DNA from: Gammaproteobacteria bacterium
GTDB taxonomy: Bacteria > Pseudomonadota > Gammaproteobacteria > Pseudomonadales > UBA7434
DNA length: 34,224 nt
Assembly: GCA_024280785.1 (NCBI GenBank)
Contig: JAJRPK010000008.1
Coordinates: 1-34,224, forward strand
Direction: 5' to 3'
Part shown: positions 29,300 to 34,224 of the stretch, piece after piece
Numbering within the stretch: position 1 is the first letter of the stretch
Layout: each line of letters opens with the position of its first letter
Translations under genes and position numbers: made by a program
The notes under the pieces: generated by a model
Told to the model about the DNA's origin: nothing
Database searches by the model: none
Seen by the model: the letters and a program-made list of their open reading frames with translations, nothing else

Positions 29300-30422
29300 A
29301 TGCGTACTCCTGACATGCAGCCACAATGTCGTTGGTAGCTCTTGGTTTTGCTCGGCATCTAGCGTTAATTGCTTTCGTTAGTAGAGTCGCTCTATTCTCC
29401 AATAAACCCGCCAGTATTTTCTTAAGCTTATCGACTGAAAATTCAGTCTGTTCAATTTTGATCGCGGCGTTAACTTCAACCAACCAATCTGCGTTGGCGC
29501 ACTGATGATTGTCGGTCGCGTGCGGATACGGCACTAATATTGATGCAACTCCTACTGCCGCAAGCTCGGATATAGTAAGTGCACCAGCCCTTGCGATGAC
29601 TAAATCTGCACTAACATAAGCATCTGTCATATCATCAATAAAAGGCGTTACTTTGGCTTGAATGCCCGCCTTGCCATATGCCTCCACCACGGCCTCGAAA
29701 TCTCTGCTGCCCGTTTGATGAACCACGTCAAAGGAAAAACTACCAAGAGCCACCGGCAAAACCTCATTGATAATCTGCGCACCCAAGCTACCGCCAAGAA
29801 CCAACAATCTAATCTTGCCCGAACTAAGCGGTAAATCAGCATCGGAAGACTTGAGGGATAAATGCTGCAGCCGAACTTCAGGCTCAACAATATGATAAAA
29901 TGAATCTCTTAATGGGTTCCCCGAATAACAAACTTTTCTATTACCACCCAACACAGCCGGAAAACCAGTAAATATTTTCTTCGCTATAGGCGCTAACAGC
30001 TTATTTGTAGTTCCTGCCACTGCATTTTGCTCTTGTAAAATAAGTGGTGTTCTAGTCAAAAACGCAGCCACACCCGCAGCAGCTGACGCAAAGCCTCCCA
30101 TTCCCAAGACACAGATTGGTTTCAATTGAATAAGCAATTGAACGACCTGCACAACCGCTACTAGCATAAGAAACGGAGCTTTAAGCCAATAAACAATGCT
30201 TTTTCCACGCACGCCAACCACATCTACATAATGAATAACAAACTTATTTTCTGGCACAACCCGTGATTCAATGCCTGTACGCGTACCCAACCAAATTACG
30301 TCACGATTTAACTCGCGCAACCCTTGAGCGATGGCCAAAGCTGGAAATACATGTCCACCCGTGCCACCCGCAGCTATCAAAACTGGCCGCATACTTTTTT
30401 CATTGCTCACCACTTTATCCAT
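29292..30422 (-). CDS. murG: Undecaprenyl-PP-MurNAc-pentapeptide GlcNAc transferase
   Basis: [32 protein letters not shown]. Confidence 0.98.
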   Translation of the reverse strand: MDKVVSNEKSMRPVLIAAGGTGGHVFPALAIAQGLRELNRDVIWLGTRTGIESRVVPENKFVIHYVDVVGVRGKSIVYWLKAPFLMLVAVVQVVQLLIQLKPICVLGMGGFASAAAGVAAFLTRTPLILQEQNAVAGTTNKLLAPIAKKIFTGFPAVLGGNRKVCYSGNPLRDSFYHIVEPEVRLQHLSLKSSDADLPLSSGKIRLLVLGGSLGAQIINEVLPVALGSFSFDVVHQTGSRDFEAVVEAYGKAGIQAKVTPFIDDMTDAYVSADLVIARAGALTISELAAVGVASILVPYPHATDNHQCANADWLVEVNAAIKIEQTEFSVDKLKKILAGLLENRATLLTKAINARCRAKPRATNDIVAACQEYAYV

Positions 30423-31713
30423 GAGCAGCTCTCAACAGTTTCTTGACCCAAGGCTGACGTCCAGATACCGCAGTTAACTGCGCCTTTGTATGAGCATTGA
30501 TGGAAGCAGTGCGAGCAAGCGAACCACTTCGTCTCACTTTTAGTTCAGCAGCCTCTCTCTTTAGTTCATAATCTATTCGAAGAACTAAACTGATAAATAC
30601 ACAGCTGATGAGTAAACTGCTACCGCCATAACTTAAAAATGGTAACGTCAAACCTTTTGTAGGTAATAAGCCAATATTAACCCCCACATTAATGAATAGC
30701 TGAGTAGAAAAAACTAACGCAATTCCATAGGCTACATAAGCACTAAAAGCATTACCCGCGCCCTCAGCGCTTCTAGCCACGGTTAATATCCGCCATATCA
30801 AGAAAACATATAGGCTCAAAACCACCAAGCAACCGACAAACCCCAACTCTTCCGCCAATATCGCAAATACAAAATCAGTATGTGCCTCAGGTAAATAAAA
30901 TAATTTCTGAATACTATTGCCCAAGCCAATCCCAAACCACTCTCCGCGGCCAAACGCAATTAGAGATTGGGTTAACTGGTAGCCTTCACCAAACTGATCT
31001 GCCCACGGATCTAAAAATGCTGATAGTCGATCCATCCGGTATTCCGAAGACGTCACCATTAGCGCAACCGCAATACCGCATACCGCAACCAATACACCAA
31101 ACTGCCAAAGTCTAACGCCACCCAAAAATAACATCCCTAACGTAGCGGAAAGAAGAACCACCACTGCGCCAAAGTCCGGCTCCAAGATTAACAAGATTAC
31201 CAAGGCCAACATAACAGCCATCGGATTCATAAAGCCAATCCAGTGACTTCTAACTAATTCATGCTGCCTAACCAAATAACCTCCCAAATAAATGATGACT
31301 CCTAACTTTGCAAGTTCAGAACCCTGCAAAGTCAAAGGGCCCACCACCAGCCAGCGAGTCGCGTGATTCGCTGTTCGCCCTAAGCCAGGAATTAATATCG
31401 CTATCAACACAATAAAACTGGCAAGTAATATGTAAGGACCACTTTTTTCCCACGCAGATATCGGAACTTTAAACGCTGCCAAAGACAAACCCGCGGCAAT
31501 GACCATGTACATTAAATGGCGCCGCGTATGAAACAAAGCATCACCATAACGTTGCCCCGCATAGTCTTGTGAGGCCGAACTAATCATTACCAGGCCCACC
31601 GCCACTAACAGCAACATGACTCCAAGCAGCAGACAATCTATTGTCGGCGAACGTCGCGCGCCAACATCGTTTATTGAACGAAATGCCTTCCTCTTTTGTT
31701 TCTGTAGCATCAT
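30415..31713 (-). CDS. ftsW: SEDS peptidoglycan polymerase FtsW
   Basis: EPDFG, GYQLTQSL, LPEAHTDF, LPTKGLTLPFLSYGGSS. Confidence 0.98.
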   Translation of the reverse strand: MMLQKQKRKAFRSINDVGARRSPTIDCLLLGVMLLLVAVGLVMISSASQDYAGQRYGDALFHTRRHLMYMVIAAGLSLAAFKVPISAWEKSGPYILLASFIVLIAILIPGLGRTANHATRWLVVGPLTLQGSELAKLGVIIYLGGYLVRQHELVRSHWIGFMNPMAVMLALVILLILEPDFGAVVVLLSATLGMLFLGGVRLWQFGVLVAVCGIAVALMVTSSEYRMDRLSAFLDPWADQFGEGYQLTQSLIAFGRGEWFGIGLGNSIQKLFYLPEAHTDFVFAILAEELGFVGCLVVLSLYVFLIWRILTVARSAEGAGNAFSAYVAYGIALVFSTQLFINVGVNIGLLPTKGLTLPFLSYGGSSLLISCVFISLVLRIDYELKREAAELKVRRSGSLARTASINAHTKAQLTAVSGRQPWVKKLLRAAHG

Positions 31714-33242
31714 CGGATTAACGCACCTTCACCCATCTTCATGCCAGTGAGCCGCTGCACCGTCGAGGCAAAGACCCTACCTCGATGCTCAAAACTCTCG
31801 AACATGTCAAAGCTTGCGCAGGCAGGAGACAACAATACAACGTCACCTTTACTGCTAAGATCCACTGACATTAAAACAGCCGCTGCAAGACTATCTGCGT
31901 AATCCACTGACACACGATCACTGACACAAGAAGCAATCTCTTGCGCACCTTCCCCCAGCAATATCAACTGACAAGCCTGTCTTTCAACTACGGTGGCCAG
32001 CTCGGTAAAATCAGCTTCTTTAGTTTGCCCTCCAGCTATTAGTACAATTTTTCCTTCTACGATAGAGGACAAGCCGTTAATTGCAGCTATCGTCGCCCCA
32101 ACATTAGTCGCCTTGCTGTCGTTAAAGTAACGAACTCCCTTATATTCGGCGATAAGTTCGCAACGATGGGGTAGCCCCCGAAATTCTCTCACCGCTTGCA
32201 CCATCGCAGAGCGGCGAAAGCCGGCTGTATCTCCAATCGCAAAAGCTGCCACTACATTTAGAAGGTTATGAGACCCGATCAATGGTATCGATGAGACAGG
32301 TAACAGTGGCTCAGACCCTTTAAAAATAAATGACTCTCCATTATGTAGAGAAGTACCAAAATCGCTGGCGTTTGGTATACCAACACCAAAGCTCACTGAA
32401 TTCGTATTCTCTAACGCCATAGGTATGGTTAATGGGTCATCTCTATTAAAAACAATCGTATTTGCATCGCGGTATATAAGATGCTTGACCTCTCGATACT
32501 CTTCTAAGGAATAATGACGATCCAAATGATCGGCACTTATATTTAACAAGCAGGCAATGGCAGGAGACATGCTTGAACACCGCTCAAGCTGAAAACTGGA
32601 AATTTCCAACACATAACATTCGCGTTCGTCAGAGAGTAAATCGAGCACGGGGTCACCCAAATTGCCACCGACCGCGGCATTAAGCTTAGAGTGCTGAGCC
32701 ATCTCGCCCACTAAGCTCGTCACTGTACTTTTAGCGTTAGAACCTGATATTGCAATAACCGGTGCTTTGACTTGACTGACAAACAAGTCAATATCACTGC
32801 ACACTCGCGCTCCACACCGAATAGCTTCCTCCAACCAAGAAGAATCCATAGCCACGCCCGGACTTAAATAAATCTCAGTCGCTTCATTTAGTATTTTTTG
32901 CTGCTTTGGTCCCAGACCGAACTGCAACCCAATATGTGGAAACTCTTTCTTTACTGAAGCCAGACCCGGAGGGTTCATCCGCGTATCTAAAACGCTAAAT
33001 GGTATTCCTCTCCGCTCAAAAAAACGCATGCAAGAGGTGCCGGTTACTCCCAGCCCCACTACTACGCGCTTTTCTTCACTCTGCTTTGATTTCATTAAAT
33101 CTCTTTTTCGCACAAGCTGGCTACACGCTAAACTTGTTACTGTTGTCTCTGCTGCCGCCTTCCTAAAATTAATTTTTCGGTCAACATCATATTGCTCACT
33201 GAACGGAACAAACTGATCAAGCTTTACGACTGCTTGTCCCAT
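31710..33242 (-). CDS. murD: UDP-MurNAc-L-Ala:D-Glu ligase (start either 33242 or the ATG at 33095)
   Basis: GLGVTG, SGSNAKSTVT, LEISSFQLE, DHLDRH, NDSKATN, SPACASFD. Confidence 0.97.
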   Translation of the reverse strand: MGQAVVKLDQFVPFSEQYDVDRKINFRKAAAETTVTSLACSQLVRKRDLMKSKQSEEKRVVVGLGVTGTSCMRFFERRGIPFSVLDTRMNPPGLASVKKEFPHIGLQFGLGPKQQKILNEATEIYLSPGVAMDSSWLEEAIRCGARVCSDIDLFVSQVKAPVIAISGSNAKSTVTSLVGEMAQHSKLNAAVGGNLGDPVLDLLSDERECYVLEISSFQLERCSSMSPAIACLLNISADHLDRHYSLEEYREVKHLIYRDANTIVFNRDDPLTIPMALENTNSVSFGVGIPNASDFGTSLHNGESFIFKGSEPLLPVSSIPLIGSHNLLNVVAAFAIGDTAGFRRSAMVQAVREFRGLPHRCELIAEYKGVRYFNDSKATNVGATIAAINGLSSIVEGKIVLIAGGQTKEADFTELATVVERQACQLILLGEGAQEIASCVSDRVSVDYADSLAAAVLMSVDLSSKGDVVLLSPACASFDMFESFEHRGRVFASTVQRLTGMKMGEGALIR

Positions 33243-33259
33243 CTAAACAAAACCCCTTG

Positions 33260-34224
33260 CTATCGCAACTTTAGCGTCGCCAAACCAAACAAAACCAACA
33301 TTACTGTTATGATCCAAAAACGAACAATAACTCTAGGCTCTGGCCAACCTTTCAATTCATAGTGGTGATGCAAAGGGGCCATCATAAAAACTCGCTTGCC
33401 CGTCAACTTAAACGAAGTCACTTGAATAATGACGGAAAGCGTCTCTACAACAAAAATTCCAGCCATAATAAAAAATACTATTTCATGTCTTGTAATTAGC
33501 GCAATCACTCCCAATGCTGCTCCAAGTGCCAGCGCACCAACATCCCCCATAAAAACTTGCGCGGGGTAAGTGTTGAACCATAGAAAACCTAAGCCGGCAC
33601 CACCCAATGCACCGCAAAAAACCACTAGCTCTCCCGCGCCAGGAATGTAGGGGATGTTAAGATATGCCGAAAAACCCAAGTGCCCCGCTAAATAAGCAAT
33701 AATGCCGAGCGCCGAACCCACTAAAACTGTCGGTAGAATTGCCAAACCATCAAGACCATCCGTTAGATTGACAGCGTTACTAGAACCCACAATAACAAAG
33801 TACCCTAAAACCAAATATCCCCAGCCTAATTCCAAAGTAAAATCTTTAAAGAATGGCACAATGAGTTGAGATTCCTCTGGCACTGTCATTGAAAAATAAA
33901 GAAAACAGACAACACCCATTGCGGACACTGATTGCCAAAAATACTTCCACCGCGCGGCCAAACCTTTGGAATCTTTCTGGACGATTTTTTTGTAATCATC
34001 AACCCAGCCAATCGCTCCGAATAAAATGGTTGCTGCTAATACGGCTCCGACATAATGGTTGCTCAAATCCGACCAAAGTACCGTACTAACACAAATACTT
34101 AGAAGAATTAATGCCCCTCCCATCGTAGGCGTTCCCGCCTTCACCAAATGCGTCTCTGGACATCACTTCGAATCGTTTGACCTACTTGATGATAATTTAG
34201 TTTCCGAATCACCCACGGCCCTAC
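33260..34224 (-). CDS. mraY: Phospho-MurNAc-pentapeptide transferase; 5' end outside the window, apparent 1-nt frameshift near 34161
   Basis: [42 protein letters not shown]. The upstream MraY segment GPWVIRKL...GQTIRSD lies in a different frame. Confidence 0.96.

Overview
A housekeeping region of a Gammaproteobacterium with Pseudomonadales/Cellvibrionales/Oceanospirillales-like gene order, almost all on the minus strand. In transcription order (right to left) it holds the distal dcw cluster (mraY-murD-ftsW-murG-murC-ddl-ftsQ-ftsA-ftsZ-lpxC), an M23 peptidase and secA-argJ-mutT, which converge on plus-strand coaE-yacG. Next is a small islet (BaiE/SnoaL-like NTF2-fold protein, a 116-aa orphan, a stand-alone pyrB), then murJ-ribF-ileS-lspA-fkpB-ispH and the type IV minor pilin genes fimT/U-pilV-pilW-pilX-pilY1 (pilY1 is cut by the left edge). 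I saw no RNA genes, CRISPR, transposase or defence system, and no convincing new multi-gene system. The oddities are a ~138-bp palindromic MITE-like element with 34-bp perfect arms between lspA and fkpB, a 1-nt frameshift in essential mraY, and dciA, rpsT and zapD missing from their usual positions. There are also several 14-bp-period intergenic tandem repeats, long structured leaders before lpxC and secA, and apparent loop insertions in many core proteins.
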